From Candidatus Sumerlaeaceae bacterium (lineage in GTDB: Bacteria > Sumerlaeota > Sumerlaeia > Sumerlaeales > Sumerlaeaceae), in assembly GCA_051003195.1 (NCBI GenBank), contig JBPCLP010000029.1, positions 1-50,022 of the forward strand: 50,022 bases of DNA, written 5' to 3'. Positions 29,643 through 39,833 of this stretch are shown here, one piece after another; position 1 is the first letter of the stretch; the number at the start of each line of letters is the position of its first letter. A program made the translations under genes and the position numbers. A model generated the notes under the pieces. That model was not told where the DNA came from. It made no database searches and worked only from the letters and a program-made list of their open reading frames with translations.

Positions 29643-30881
29643 TTGGCCACCTTGAAGCCATTTCGCATTCTCCACCCGCAACTCTCGACCGTTGCAGATA
29701 TATGCACGCTGCCATACGACGTGATGAACACCGACGAAGCCCGACAAATGGCCGAAGGAAAACCGCTCAGTTTTCTCCGAGTCACCCGCTCCGAAATCGA
29801 ATTCCCGGCGGAAGCGAATCCGTACAGCGATGAGGTCTATCAGCACGGTGCCGCCAACCTACGCAAGTTGATCGACCAGGGCGCGCTGGTGCAGGAAGCC
29901 AATCCCATTTACATGCTCTATCGGCAGGTCATGGGAAATCACACCCAGCTTGGGCTCGTCGCCGTTGCCAACTGCGCGGATTACGATGCCGGCACTATTA
30001 AAAAGCACGAGCTCACACGTCCGGACAAGGAGGACGACCGCACGCGCCATATTAATATACTCAGGGCTCAGACGGGCCCCGTGTTTCTCACCTACAAGGC
30101 GCAGCCGGAGATTGATACTCTGCTGAACGCGCAGGTCCAGAAGAACCCCGATCTCAACTTCGTGGCAGAGGACGGTATCCGCCATAGTGCGTGGCTTATT
30201 AACGATACCGCAGTCATCTCAGCAATCCAGAAGGCCTTCGGGGCACTGCCCGCACTCTACGTTGCGGATGGTCACCACCGAAGTGCCGCCGCCAGCCGCG
30301 TCGCCCGCGAGCGCACTACAGCGAACACAGACCACAGCGGCAGTGAACCGTATAATTACTTCCTGACCGTCAGCTTCCCCCACAACCAGATGCAGATACT
30401 GGGCTATAACAGGCTGGTTAAAGACTTGAACGGACTTTCGCCGCAGCAGGTGCTTGAAAAACTGGAACGGCTCGCAACGGTTTCAGATGCACCACCTTCA
30501 CGGCAGCCATCTCGCAAAGGCGAACTCACCATGTTCCTTGCAGGCAAATGGTACCTGCTGAGATGGAAGGCTGATGCAGTAACCGGCAACGATGCTGTCG
30601 CGAAGTTGGATGTGTCCGTGCTGCAGAACACCGTGCTCACTCCCCTGTTCAACATCGGCGACCCACGCATCGATAAACGGATTCAGTTCATCGGTGGTAT
30701 CCGCGGTCCCCAGGAACTCGAGTTGCTTGTCACCAACGGCAGTGGGGCGGTCGCCTTCGCTCTCTACCCCACGTCCATCGAAGACCTGATGGAGATCGCC
30801 GACGCCGGCGGACTCATGCCGCCCAAGTCCACATGGTTTGAACCGAAGCTCAGAGACGGCATGGCGGTCCACCTGATTTGA
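29643..30881 (+). CDS. DUF1015 family protein
   Basis: PYDV, IKKHELT.PDKE.DR, YVADGHHR.AAA, MPPKSTWFEPKLRDG. TTG start with AAGGA RBS. Confidence 0.92.
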   Translation: MATLKPFRILHPQLSTVADICTLPYDVMNTDEARQMAEGKPLSFLRVTRSEIEFPAEANPYSDEVYQHGAANLRKLIDQGALVQEANPIYMLYRQVMGNHTQLGLVAVANCADYDAGTIKKHELTRPDKEDDRTRHINILRAQTGPVFLTYKAQPEIDTLLNAQVQKNPDLNFVAEDGIRHSAWLINDTAVISAIQKAFGALPALYVADGHHRSAAASRVARERTTANTDHSGSEPYNYFLTVSFPHNQMQILGYNRLVKDLNGLSPQQVLEKLERLATVSDAPPSRQPSRKGELTMFLAGKWYLLRWKADAVTGNDAVAKLDVSVLQNTVLTPLFNIGDPRIDKRIQFIGGIRGPQELELLVTNGSGAVAFALYPTSIEDLMEIADAGGLMPPKSTWFEPKLRDGMAVHLI

Positions 30882-30939
30882 CGTCACGTCCTGTTTTGTT
30901 GGAAGCGCCTGGTAGAGGAAGGTCGCGCTCTCCTTTTAA

Positions 30940-32187
30940 ATGCTGACACACTCAAACTTGCTGTTCTTTCGGGGACTCTTTTTTTGCCTGTACGGCACCA
31001 TTGGCGTCATGTTCCCGTTCCTCGTCCTGCACTTCAAAACAGGTGTCGGGCTGGACGACCGGCAGGTCGCCCTCATCAGCAGTCTTTCAGGAATCACTGT
31101 CATTCTGTTCCAGCAGCTCTGGGGCTACACGGCTGATGTGTTGCTGCCGAAGAAATGGCTGATCGCGTTCGCGACCCTCGGAAGTGGGCTGCTGTTCTAT
31201 TTTGTTGGAACGCTGACGCAGCAGTGGAGCATCGCCCTCGTGATGCTGGCGTTCAATTCACTGTTTACCAGCATCAGCCAGCTCCTGCACAGTTTTCTCT
31301 TCGCGCACGTACACAGCGAGCGCTATTTCGGACTGTTACGCGCGTGGGGCTCCCTTGGCTTCGTGGTCACAAATATACTGATCGGCATCTACGCCGATCG
31401 CTATGCAAATGGCAGTCTGACGTTCATTTTCCCAGTCTTTCTTGGGCTGACAGCAATTACCTTTCTGCTCGTGCTGCCTATCCCCGAGGCGCATGCCGCA
31501 CCGCGTGACCGCCTTACCTTCTGGCAGGTTCAACACCACTTCCTGCACCGACCCGAAATCGTGCTCTTTCTTTTAATGACGTTCCTCTACCAGGCCGCGC
31601 ATTCGCCCAGCTATCTGCTGCAAGCGGTGGTGATGTCGAACCTGGGCGCGGATCGCGCCACGATTGCGTACTCGTACAGTCTTGCCGCGTTTCTGGAGTT
31701 ACCGATTTTCTTTCTGGCAGGACGTCTTATCGCCAGGTTTGGCGAACATCGAATCCTCTTGTTCTGTTGCATGGTGCAGGCAATCCGATGGGTGCTGGTA
31801 TGGTCGTGCACCAGCTCCTATCAGATCATCGCGACATCCCTTCTACACTGCATCACGTTCGGGTTATTTTTCGCAGCGGCCGTTACGTACATGAACCGGC
31901 ACGCAGGAGCACATCTTAAAGCCAGTGCGCAAACCCTCTACGCGCTCGTGGCTTACGGTTTTGCTTCTATGGCGGGATTCATAATCGGTGGAGAAGCAGT
32001 CTCAAACGGATTTCTCGCGCCACTTACGCGCGGCTTGGTACATTCGGTACTTCATCTTCCCGATCGTGGCGACCTGGCAAACCTCTACATTGCATGCGCT
32101 ACCGTCGCAGGTGCATCCGTGTTACTGGCGGCAGTATTATACCGCATAGAGGAGCGACCTTGCGTCGGGACCCAATCACGGCTATGA
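30940..32187 (+). CDS. MFS transporter (nucleoside:H+ symporter/MFS_1-like)
   Basis: About 12 TM helices, WG..AD, FG.LR.WGSLGF, ELP.F, LHCITFG. Confidence 0.88.
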   Translation: MLTHSNLLFFRGLFFCLYGTIGVMFPFLVLHFKTGVGLDDRQVALISSLSGITVILFQQLWGYTADVLLPKKWLIAFATLGSGLLFYFVGTLTQQWSIALVMLAFNSLFTSISQLLHSFLFAHVHSERYFGLLRAWGSLGFVVTNILIGIYADRYANGSLTFIFPVFLGLTAITFLLVLPIPEAHAAPRDRLTFWQVQHHFLHRPEIVLFLLMTFLYQAAHSPSYLLQAVVMSNLGADRATIAYSYSLAAFLELPIFFLAGRLIARFGEHRILLFCCMVQAIRWVLVWSCTSSYQIIATSLLHCITFGLFFAAAVTYMNRHAGAHLKASAQTLYALVAYGFASMAGFIIGGEAVSNGFLAPLTRGLVHSVLHLPDRGDLANLYIACATVAGASVLLAAVLYRIEERPCVGTQSRL

Positions 32188-32264
32188 CTCGATCTCCGTG
32201 CCCGGCATTCCATGGAGAACGCGACCATCAATCGTGCCTAGCGCCGGGCAGCTACGCGGCTCCG

Positions 32265-32837
32265 CTATTTTGTAGGTATTTGAAACGCCGCGACCTGGTC
32301 GACGAGCGGCGATGCGCCCTTTGGGGTGTTCCGTGCTGTCCCCCCGGTCACAAAGCACCTGCCCGTTGGCTTATCGACTGCGACTGCCAGATTCGCCCAT
32401 GCTGTCAGGTCTGTCTTCAGCAGTGTCCAAGGCTGGACCGCTCCCTCACGCACCGTGGTGAACCAGATCACATTCGTGGGATACTCGTTGGCATACTCGT
32501 TGGCATACTTACCGGCAACACACACCAGGCAATTGGATCCGCTGCAGAAACCCGCATTGTACACTGGTGAACGCATCGTCTGGGGTTCCTCGCGCCATTC
32601 ACCAACAGTCGATCCTGTAAACGGCGCCGAGAAAACCTTCTCGTTTACGGCATTGCGGGCCCGGGTTGTGAGACCACCCCAAACATAAAGCCGCCCCCCT
32701 GTCAGCCCGCACCCATGATACCATAGCGCAATCGGCAACTTGCCGGTTCGCACCCACGCAGCGGGTGCCCCATCTGCCCCAATTGTGCTTACCAGCACAT
32801 CCTGCGAAATGGCATCCCGGGCGGAACCGCCTGTCAC
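32265..32837 (-). pseudogene. 5'-truncated Kelch-like beta-propeller gene remnant
   Basis: Kelch-like LVVTGG / LYVWGG / VCVAG / FVTGG and W motifs. Only ~4 blades; in-frame TAG just upstream and no clear start or RBS. Internal 12 bp duplication. Confidence 0.5.
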
Positions 32838-32943
32838 AACCAGGTTTCGATCACAAAACTATTTCCCGCACAGCTACGCCTTGTCCCTAAGGGGCTGCTT
32901 TTTCGTTGGCATCGCCAATCTGCGTCTGGTAAGGTAATACTTC

Positions 32944-35943
32944 ATGGACGTGAACGGCCCTCTCGATTTCCCCGACGATCCCAATGTCTCATGGCGTCCA
33001 GATCCGGGGAAAGAGTTTTCCCACAGGTTGGACGAGGTGTTCGCCCAGACTACTCCCCTTCCGCCCCGTTCCGTTGCAGGAGATATTAACAGCGCTCTCA
33101 CCTCCAAGGCAGCGGAAAAACGACCGGCCGCATATCTGCTGAATTCTGTCGTTGCGCAGGGCGGACACGGCGAAATCTGGAAGGCCGTTCAGGTATCACT
33201 CAGCCGTAGCGTTGCCGTCAAAAAGGTTCGGCGAAAATACTATCAGCAGGGTGGGGAGCAAAGCCTGCGACTACTCGAAATGGCCTTCCACAAAGAAGCG
33301 CTCGTGACCGGCCGGCTCGATCACCCATCCATCGTCCCAATTTACGATATCGGCGCCGACCAGAACGGCCGGCCTCTTCTCGCGATGAAGTTAGTCCTCG
33401 GAACGGAATGGACGAACGTCATCATCGACGATGCTCAGCTGGATCGCAGCGCGTTTTTCGCAAAACATTTACCGATCCTGCTCTCTGTCGCGCAGGCCGT
33501 CGCCTTCGCCCACTCGCGCGCGGTCATCCATCGTGATCTGAAACCCTCCCAGGTGATGGTCGGGGAATACGGCGAAGTTTATCTTATGGACTGGGGCCTG
33601 GCCGCAATCTTTGACGACCTGGCGCTCCCTGTTGGCGACGCGCCCACTCTCCCATACTCCGTCAGCGCAAAAGACGCGATCAATCCCGCCGGTACCACAT
33701 GTTACATGGCACCGGAGCAGACTGAATCGACAGGAGAACGGCTCGGTCCATGGACCGATATCTTCCTGCTCGGCGGCATTCTTTATCGTCTGCTTACCGA
33801 AACTCCTCCCTATGACGAAGAGACCTCGAAAAAAGCATTCGAGAAAGCGCGCAATGGTATCGTCGATCCGCCGGAACTCCGGGCCCCGTATCTCGAGATT
33901 CCTCACGAGCTTTCCCGGATTGCCATGCAGGCGCTTTCCCGGGAGATCGGCGACCGATATTCCTCGGTGCAGGAATTCATTGCCGCGCTGGAAGCTTATC
34001 TGCACGGCACCAACAGGCGCACCGAATCTCAAAATTTGACCGAGCAAGCCGCTCGCCTGTTCGAGCAAAGTCCCACGTACCCGATCCTCTCCCAGGCTGA
34101 TAATATCCTTAGTCGCGCGCTGAACTTGTGGGCCGACAATACAGACGCCTATAAACTTCAGCAGCAGGGCCTGGTAAGCTTTGCTGAACTTGCGGTTTCA
34201 CAGGGCGATCTCGGCTTAGCTCGGCTACAGGCACACCGAGTCGCAAACGGAGGTTCACGCGATCTTCTTGTGTCGCGTATTGAAGAAAAAGCGCTACGGC
34301 TCGCGCGGCTCAGGACCCAGCGTAAGGTCGCACTGGCGGCATGCTTTGTACTCGTCATCGCACTCGCCGGTCTCGGCCAGCACATGGTTCAAAGCCGTGC
34401 AAACGCCAGGATTCGCCAGCACCAGCAGCGCGTAGACAACCAGGTGAAACAACGCGAGCAGAACCAGCGGGAAAGCGAAGCAGCGGCGGCAAAACAGCGG
34501 GCGGAAACCGCGCGGCGCACCAGCGATCTATATGCCGCCGAGCAACAACTCACACGCGATCTTGTCCAGGAATGGGCACCTCAGCTCTCGATTCCGCCGA
34601 CGCTTGCGGTCAATCCGTACGACGAGAACGTCAGCCGCGAAAAACATTCCGTCCGGACAACGGAACTCCAATCACGCCTCACCGAGACGGGCGCAATTCG
34701 AAACGCACTTAGCACCCAGGGCCTCGGATCACAGCCGTCCTCATTACCTTACGCGGCGGGAATTATGACGCTGTATTCCGGGGCTAAAGCCGGGGATTTC
34801 GCAGAAGCACAGCGCCTGCTTCAGCTGGCTTCGCAATCCGGGGCCGAACGCCACCAGGCGTTCGTCGCGCTTGCTGTCATCGATTTCCGAACGGGCCGCT
34901 ATAATGACGCGCTTTCACACCTGGATTCTGCCGGACGCCTTGCTCTCGAGACGATGGGCCGGGAACCAGATTATCGCAAGGTCCTCGCGCTGGCGCATGA
35001 AGTGGGCCGGAAACAAGCTGAGCATTTCCAGCTTGGCCCACAGGATGTCCTCATCGAGCCACGTGCCGGCGGACAGAACTTTTCCCATTACATGGATTCG
35101 GGTGGATGGAAAGACTCCAATAAGCCACATGAGTGGGCCAAGAGCTGCGCCCCCGGGACAACTCAACTCCCGTTATGGGGATCCCGTGCTGTGCGATTCT
35201 TTTCCGGAGTATCCAATGAGGAGACCACTTTCCCATCGATTGCACAGTATCAGCCGCTCCTTACTGCTCGCCAGCATTTCTACGTATACGCTACATGGCC
35301 GTTTTCAGCCAATGCAGCGCCCGTAAATTATCGCGTCCAACATGCGAACGGAGAAACCTCCTATTCCATCATCCAGGACGGGTGGTCTGGCATCCTTTCC
35401 ACCAACGCCAACCTTTGGACAGCGCTCGGGGATTACGATTTTGAACCGGGCGACAAGCAGGGCGTTGAGCTCCATGTGGATTCAGACGTTCGGCCTGTTC
35501 GCCGCGGCTGGAACGGGCAGGCAGTTGCCGACGCGGTTCTTTTCTCGACTCGGGCTCTGACTGAGTTAACCACTCAGCCGCGCACCGCTTCGTCTGTTGT
35601 CGGACCTGTCCAGTCTATAGCATGGATATCCAGCTATGAGGACGCACTTCGGCTCGCAAAATCCGGTGGCAAGCGACTGTTAATCTATGTGACTCCCTCG
35701 CAGAGTTCCCATCTGACTTTTTGCGAGTCGAACGTTTTCCCCAATGACAAAGTTCTGAGAGCGTTCGAAAACTTTGTCGCGGTTACTGTCAGCTCAGGCG
35801 GAAACCGCCCGGAAAACTACCGCTTCGCTGGTGTGCCCACGGGGACCCTGATATTGTGCGACATTAACGGGTCGGAATATAAGCGCATTCCGCCCGAAAA
35901 GGTTCTCTCCACCGACGTTCTCCTGAGCGAGCTGAACCTGTGA
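32944..35943 (+). CDS. Receptor-like Hanks-type Ser/Thr kinase 1 (kinase, TM, helical region, golvesin-like beta domain, thioredoxin-like fold)
   Basis: QGGHGEIW, VAVK, HPSIVPIYD, HRDLKPSQ, DWG, GT..YMAPEQ, DIFLLG. TM VALAACFVLVIALAGLG. C-terminal domain calls are less certain. Confidence 0.9.
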   Translation: MDVNGPLDFPDDPNVSWRPDPGKEFSHRLDEVFAQTTPLPPRSVAGDINSALTSKAAEKRPAAYLLNSVVAQGGHGEIWKAVQVSLSRSVAVKKVRRKYYQQGGEQSLRLLEMAFHKEALVTGRLDHPSIVPIYDIGADQNGRPLLAMKLVLGTEWTNVIIDDAQLDRSAFFAKHLPILLSVAQAVAFAHSRAVIHRDLKPSQVMVGEYGEVYLMDWGLAAIFDDLALPVGDAPTLPYSVSAKDAINPAGTTCYMAPEQTESTGERLGPWTDIFLLGGILYRLLTETPPYDEETSKKAFEKARNGIVDPPELRAPYLEIPHELSRIAMQALSREIGDRYSSVQEFIAALEAYLHGTNRRTESQNLTEQAARLFEQSPTYPILSQADNILSRALNLWADNTDAYKLQQQGLVSFAELAVSQGDLGLARLQAHRVANGGSRDLLVSRIEEKALRLARLRTQRKVALAACFVLVIALAGLGQHMVQSRANARIRQHQQRVDNQVKQREQNQRESEAAAAKQRAETARRTSDLYAAEQQLTRDLVQEWAPQLSIPPTLAVNPYDENVSREKHSVRTTELQSRLTETGAIRNALSTQGLGSQPSSLPYAAGIMTLYSGAKAGDFAEAQRLLQLASQSGAERHQAFVALAVIDFRTGRYNDALSHLDSAGRLALETMGREPDYRKVLALAHEVGRKQAEHFQLGPQDVLIEPRAGGQNFSHYMDSGGWKDSNKPHEWAKSCAPGTTQLPLWGSRAVRFFSGVSNEETTFPSIAQYQPLLTARQHFYVYATWPFSANAAPVNYRVQHANGETSYSIIQDGWSGILSTNANLWTALGDYDFEPGDKQGVELHVDSDVRPVRRGWNGQAVADAVLFSTRALTELTTQPRTASSVVGPVQSIAWISSYEDALRLAKSGGKRLLIYVTPSQSSHLTFCESNVFPNDKVLRAFENFVAVTVSSGGNRPENYRFAGVPTGTLILCDINGSEYKRIPPEKVLSTDVLLSELNL

Positions 35944-35962
35944 TTCGCCTGGAGTCATTTAT

Positions 35963-38900
35963 ATGGTAGACCAGCGCAATCCTGGCACGCCTGGCGACGA
36001 CCTGCCCGACAACCTGCCACGGGAACCGAGTGAATCCATGCGGCCCGGGCTCGGCTCTGACTCGAACACCTGGACCGATCCGCTACTGAGATTGCGTGCG
36101 ATGATGGGGCAGGACCTGGAGGACGCGCTCGCTGTGCGAAGCGATCCCTCCGCGTATGTTCTGCGCAGGGAGGTTGGGCACGGAACGTTTGGCGAAGTCC
36201 TCGAGGCTGTGCAGGTCGCTCTGCACCGCGTCGTCGCCGTTAAACGTCCCAGAAGCCCGCAAGGCACGTCCGATCAGGATCGCGCGGACCAGTCTCGCAT
36301 TGCCGAATTGCTCTTTCATAAAGAAGCGCTGACCACCAGTCACCTCGATCACCCAAACATCGTGCCGGTGTACGACCTTGGCAGCGATATCGATGGCCGC
36401 CCTCTTCTGGCAATGAAACTGGTCGAGGGAGTCGCGTGGAACCAGCGCTTATTCGAGGATGCATCCCTTACGACTGTTGAGCGACTCACACGCAATATCC
36501 CGATTCTGCTTCTTGTAAGCCGCGCTGTCGCATTTGCGCATTCGCGAGGCATCGTGCACCGTGATCTAAAGCCATCACAGGTCATGGTTGGAAACTTTGG
36601 CGAAGTTTATCTGATGGACTGGGGTTGCGCCATCGCCATGCCGGGTGCGGAGCTGGCAGAGGGAATGCCTGCCAGTAATTTTGCAACGCCGCGTGAATTC
36701 GCCCCCAATCCCGCCGGCACGGTTGCCTACATGGCCCCTGAGCAAACGCTGCGCACCGCGGAACAGCTGGGGCCGTGGACCGATGTTTATCTCCTCGGCG
36801 GCATTCTCTATGAGATTTTAACCGGTAACTGTCCGCATCCGCAGGAGCGCTCTGCTGACGCGTTCATGCACGCAGCGCGCGGCCTCGTCGAACCTCCGGA
36901 AGAACGTGGCGCAAACCAGCAGCTTCCCGGGGAGCTTTCGCTGCTGTGCATGCAGGCTCTTGCGCCGCGCACCACCGAACGAATGCAATCGGCGAGTGAG
37001 TTCGTGGCCGCCTTGGAAGCCTGGCTCTCTGGCGCGAATCTCCGGGAACAGTCCCGTAATTTAACCAGCGATGCCGCCGCGTTACTGCAAAGCAGTACGC
37101 CAGGCTATACAAACCTGGAACAGGTCGATAGCCTCCTTGTGCGCGCATTAAATGCCTGGGCTGAGAATCAGGACGCGATTAAGTTACAACGTGTGATGCT
37201 TTCAAGGTATGTCCAGGCAGCCCTCAGCGAGGGAGACCTGACACTGGCCGGCGCTCAGGCAGAGCGCATTTCCGATAGCACAGAACGAGATCGGCTGCGT
37301 ACCGCGGTTGCGAAAGCGGAACGGAGGGCACGTCGCCACCAGATGCAACGTCGGCTGGCAATTGTCAGCAGTCTGCTCCTGCTGATCGGTATTTCCGTTG
37401 TTGCTGTGATCACGAAATCGAATCGTGAGGCCGACCGCGTTCTGGAGAGCGAACTGGCGACTCTTAAACTGGAGCATGAGCTCGCGATTCAGGAAGCTAC
37501 GCAGCTTCAACAGCAGCAGACGAAGAGAGCCGAGCAACTCGGCAGAGTTGGTCAGCTGCGCGACCGTACCACCGCGTTTATCAACCAGGTTTCCCGAACC
37601 ATTCCTCTGCCAGACGAATTGGAAACCGCCAAGGACTGGAGCTGGAACTTCCTGGTCAGCCAGCGGCAGCTGAAAACCGACCTGGAACAAAGCCTCCACG
37701 CGATTTACTCGCTGCGGGATCAGTGTGAGCAGGATGGTTTCACCCCAGCTCCAATGCCGGTTGAGCTTCTCATGGCCGCAGGCACACTCGCGATGGAGGC
37801 GCCTGCACCGATTGCAAAGCCAGTCCAGGCATACACATTCTTTGCCGCAGCAGCACAAACAGCTCCACATCGGTTCGAGCCCTGGTTCGCAATGGCCATT
37901 GCAGGTGCGCGCGCTGGGAACCTGACGAGCGCGACTTCGTCACTGGCGCAGGCCATACCGCGTATCAACACAGGCCTTGCTTACTTTGATGCAGTTTCTG
38001 AACTGCGTCGAAAGTTCATCCTGCTCGGTACCGGCAAATTTTCTGTCGGCCACGCTGACATCCTCATCGAAGCATGGAACGGCGGCGTAAACCATGATCG
38101 ATTCCAGCCGCTGACAAGTAACTGGGAAGACACTCAACGACTTGGCGGCTACAAGAGCGCCGCTCCCGGGCTGTCAGCCGCTGAGATATCAGGCTGCCGT
38201 ATTTTCAGGATGTATGAACCATTCCAGGCGCCGCGCAATTATCCTCCGGCTGTTGCGCGGTTCATACCATCTCCTTCAACTCGACGGGCATTAAACGTCT
38301 ACACTACCTGGCCTGCACGCGCGAATGCAATGCCCGTGCGCTACCGCATTCGTCACGCGGATGGCGAAACAACGCTGGCACTTGTCCAGGACGGTTGGGG
38401 CCAACTCGGAGTTCCGAACTCAAACCTGTGGGTGTCGCTGGGTAAGTTCGAGTTTCTTCCCGGCACTGCCGGCTTCGTGGAAATAGAAGCGCGAGAGGAC
38501 GTGCGCCCGATCACGCCTCAGCGACATGGCGAAGTTGCTGCAGATGCGATGTACTTTGCCACGGCACCGCTGGATCTGGCAACAACGGCCCCACAACTCC
38601 TTGCTGCTTCGGACGTGCTAAGCAATCCATCTGACAGTGCGCCAGGTACTACGGCAACTCCCGCACTGGAATGGACAGACGATCTAATCGCCGCGCGGGA
38701 ACAGGCCAAAGCACAGCACAAAGCCCTCCTGGTTTTTGCCTATTACCCGGTAAGCTCCATTTTCACCCACCCGTTAAACCGCTTCCGCGATTATTGCGAG
38801 AACCGCCTGTTCACCGACCCCGGTCTTCTTACGGAGTTACAGAAACATGCGATAGCCGTATCCATTAATGTGTCTAAACATCGGAAGATCATCGAAGAGC

Positions 38901-39043
38901 TGGGCCTTTCACCAGCCGAGGTGAGCCTTTGCCTTTGTGGCCCGGATGGACAGGTACGCGAGCGACTTTCGGGCGAATCACTCATGCTCCCTCCAACGGA
39001 ATTAGCTGCAAAACTCAGGGCTGCTGGAAACGTTTTACCGTGA
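35963..39043 (+). CDS. Receptor-like Hanks-type Ser/Thr kinase 2, full-length paralog of kinase 1
   Basis: GHGTFGEV, VAVK, HPNIVPVYD, HRDLKPSQ, DWG, GT.AYMAPEQ. TM LAIVSSLLLLIGISVVAVI. Same domain order as kinase 1. Confidence 0.9.
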   Translation: MVDQRNPGTPGDDLPDNLPREPSESMRPGLGSDSNTWTDPLLRLRAMMGQDLEDALAVRSDPSAYVLRREVGHGTFGEVLEAVQVALHRVVAVKRPRSPQGTSDQDRADQSRIAELLFHKEALTTSHLDHPNIVPVYDLGSDIDGRPLLAMKLVEGVAWNQRLFEDASLTTVERLTRNIPILLLVSRAVAFAHSRGIVHRDLKPSQVMVGNFGEVYLMDWGCAIAMPGAELAEGMPASNFATPREFAPNPAGTVAYMAPEQTLRTAEQLGPWTDVYLLGGILYEILTGNCPHPQERSADAFMHAARGLVEPPEERGANQQLPGELSLLCMQALAPRTTERMQSASEFVAALEAWLSGANLREQSRNLTSDAAALLQSSTPGYTNLEQVDSLLVRALNAWAENQDAIKLQRVMLSRYVQAALSEGDLTLAGAQAERISDSTERDRLRTAVAKAERRARRHQMQRRLAIVSSLLLLIGISVVAVITKSNREADRVLESELATLKLEHELAIQEATQLQQQQTKRAEQLGRVGQLRDRTTAFINQVSRTIPLPDELETAKDWSWNFLVSQRQLKTDLEQSLHAIYSLRDQCEQDGFTPAPMPVELLMAAGTLAMEAPAPIAKPVQAYTFFAAAAQTAPHRFEPWFAMAIAGARAGNLTSATSSLAQAIPRINTGLAYFDAVSELRRKFILLGTGKFSVGHADILIEAWNGGVNHDRFQPLTSNWEDTQRLGGYKSAAPGLSAAEISGCRIFRMYEPFQAPRNYPPAVARFIPSPSTRRALNVYTTWPARANAMPVRYRIRHADGETTLALVQDGWGQLGVPNSNLWVSLGKFEFLPGTAGFVEIEAREDVRPITPQRHGEVAADAMYFATAPLDLATTAPQLLAASDVLSNPSDSAPGTTATPALEWTDDLIAAREQAKAQHKALLVFAYYPVSSIFTHPLNRFRDYCENRLFTDPGLLTELQKHAIAVSINVSKHRKIIEELGLSPAEVSLCLCGPDGQVRERLSGESLMLPPTELAAKLRAAGNVLP

Positions 39044-39062
39044 TCGGTCTGCGAAGGTCTGC

Positions 39063-39758
39063 CTAATCCTCAAACCTGAACTTTCCCATGCCGCGCACAC
39101 GGTTACTCTCCACTTCCCACTGCGCCTTGGCATCCCGAACCAGTTCAGAATCCCGGGGATAATATAAATCTAACACCCGCTTTTGTGCCTCGAGCCATTC
39201 CAGGCGCACCTGTGTAGCCTGCAACTCAGTCATAGCTCCTGCGGTCATGGAGGTGCGAATGTCCGTAGCGAGTCTCGATTGTTCCTGCAGGAAAATATCA
39301 AGCTGTTCGTGAATGCGCGCTTCCAGCGGCTGGCTTGTGGACGCGACATTCACGGGCAATGGCGTCGCCGTGGGCACAGGAGTAGCCGTAACAACCGGGC
39401 GTGGAGTCGGCATCTGTATGGGCACACTGGGCGGCTCGTAATAGCGGTGCCAGTTCCGGTTCTCCATGAAGGCACGCGCAGCCTTCTTACCCTGGATCTC
39501 AACGTTGGTAGTTACATAGTCGGCCACGTTATACTGTCCCGAGATCTGCCGCTGCCATGTTGGAACATCTCTGCGGTAATCGTAGCCAAAGCTCGCATCC
39601 CGGTAGTTAATGCGCAACGGCCGCGCCGCTGTGCTGATATCGTCACGCAGGCTGACATTGAACAATGCACGTCCGTCTCTTAAGAGAACGTGATCTGCAA
39701 ACGCGTCAGAACAACAAGGCAGGAAGCACAACAGGAAGAGGTAGATCCGAATATTCAC
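39063..39758 (-). CDS. Hypothetical exported protein with Pro/Thr-rich linker
   Basis: Signal peptide (AFA-D), DHVLLRDGR start, PTPRPVVTATPVPTATP linker, helical C-terminus. Confidence 0.7.
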   Translation of the reverse strand: MNIRIYLFLLCFLPCCSDAFADHVLLRDGRALFNVSLRDDISTAARPLRINYRDASFGYDYRRDVPTWQRQISGQYNVADYVTTNVEIQGKKAARAFMENRNWHRYYEPPSVPIQMPTPRPVVTATPVPTATPLPVNVASTSQPLEARIHEQLDIFLQEQSRLATDIRTSMTAGAMTELQATQVRLEWLEAQKRVLDLYYPRDSELVRDAKAQWEVESNRVRGMGKFRFED

Positions 39759-39833
39759 ACAAGCATGTACAACTGGGCATCCAATCGCTTTGCAAGCCTG
39801 CGGATTACTTCGAAATAGTCCGAATCTCGTCAG

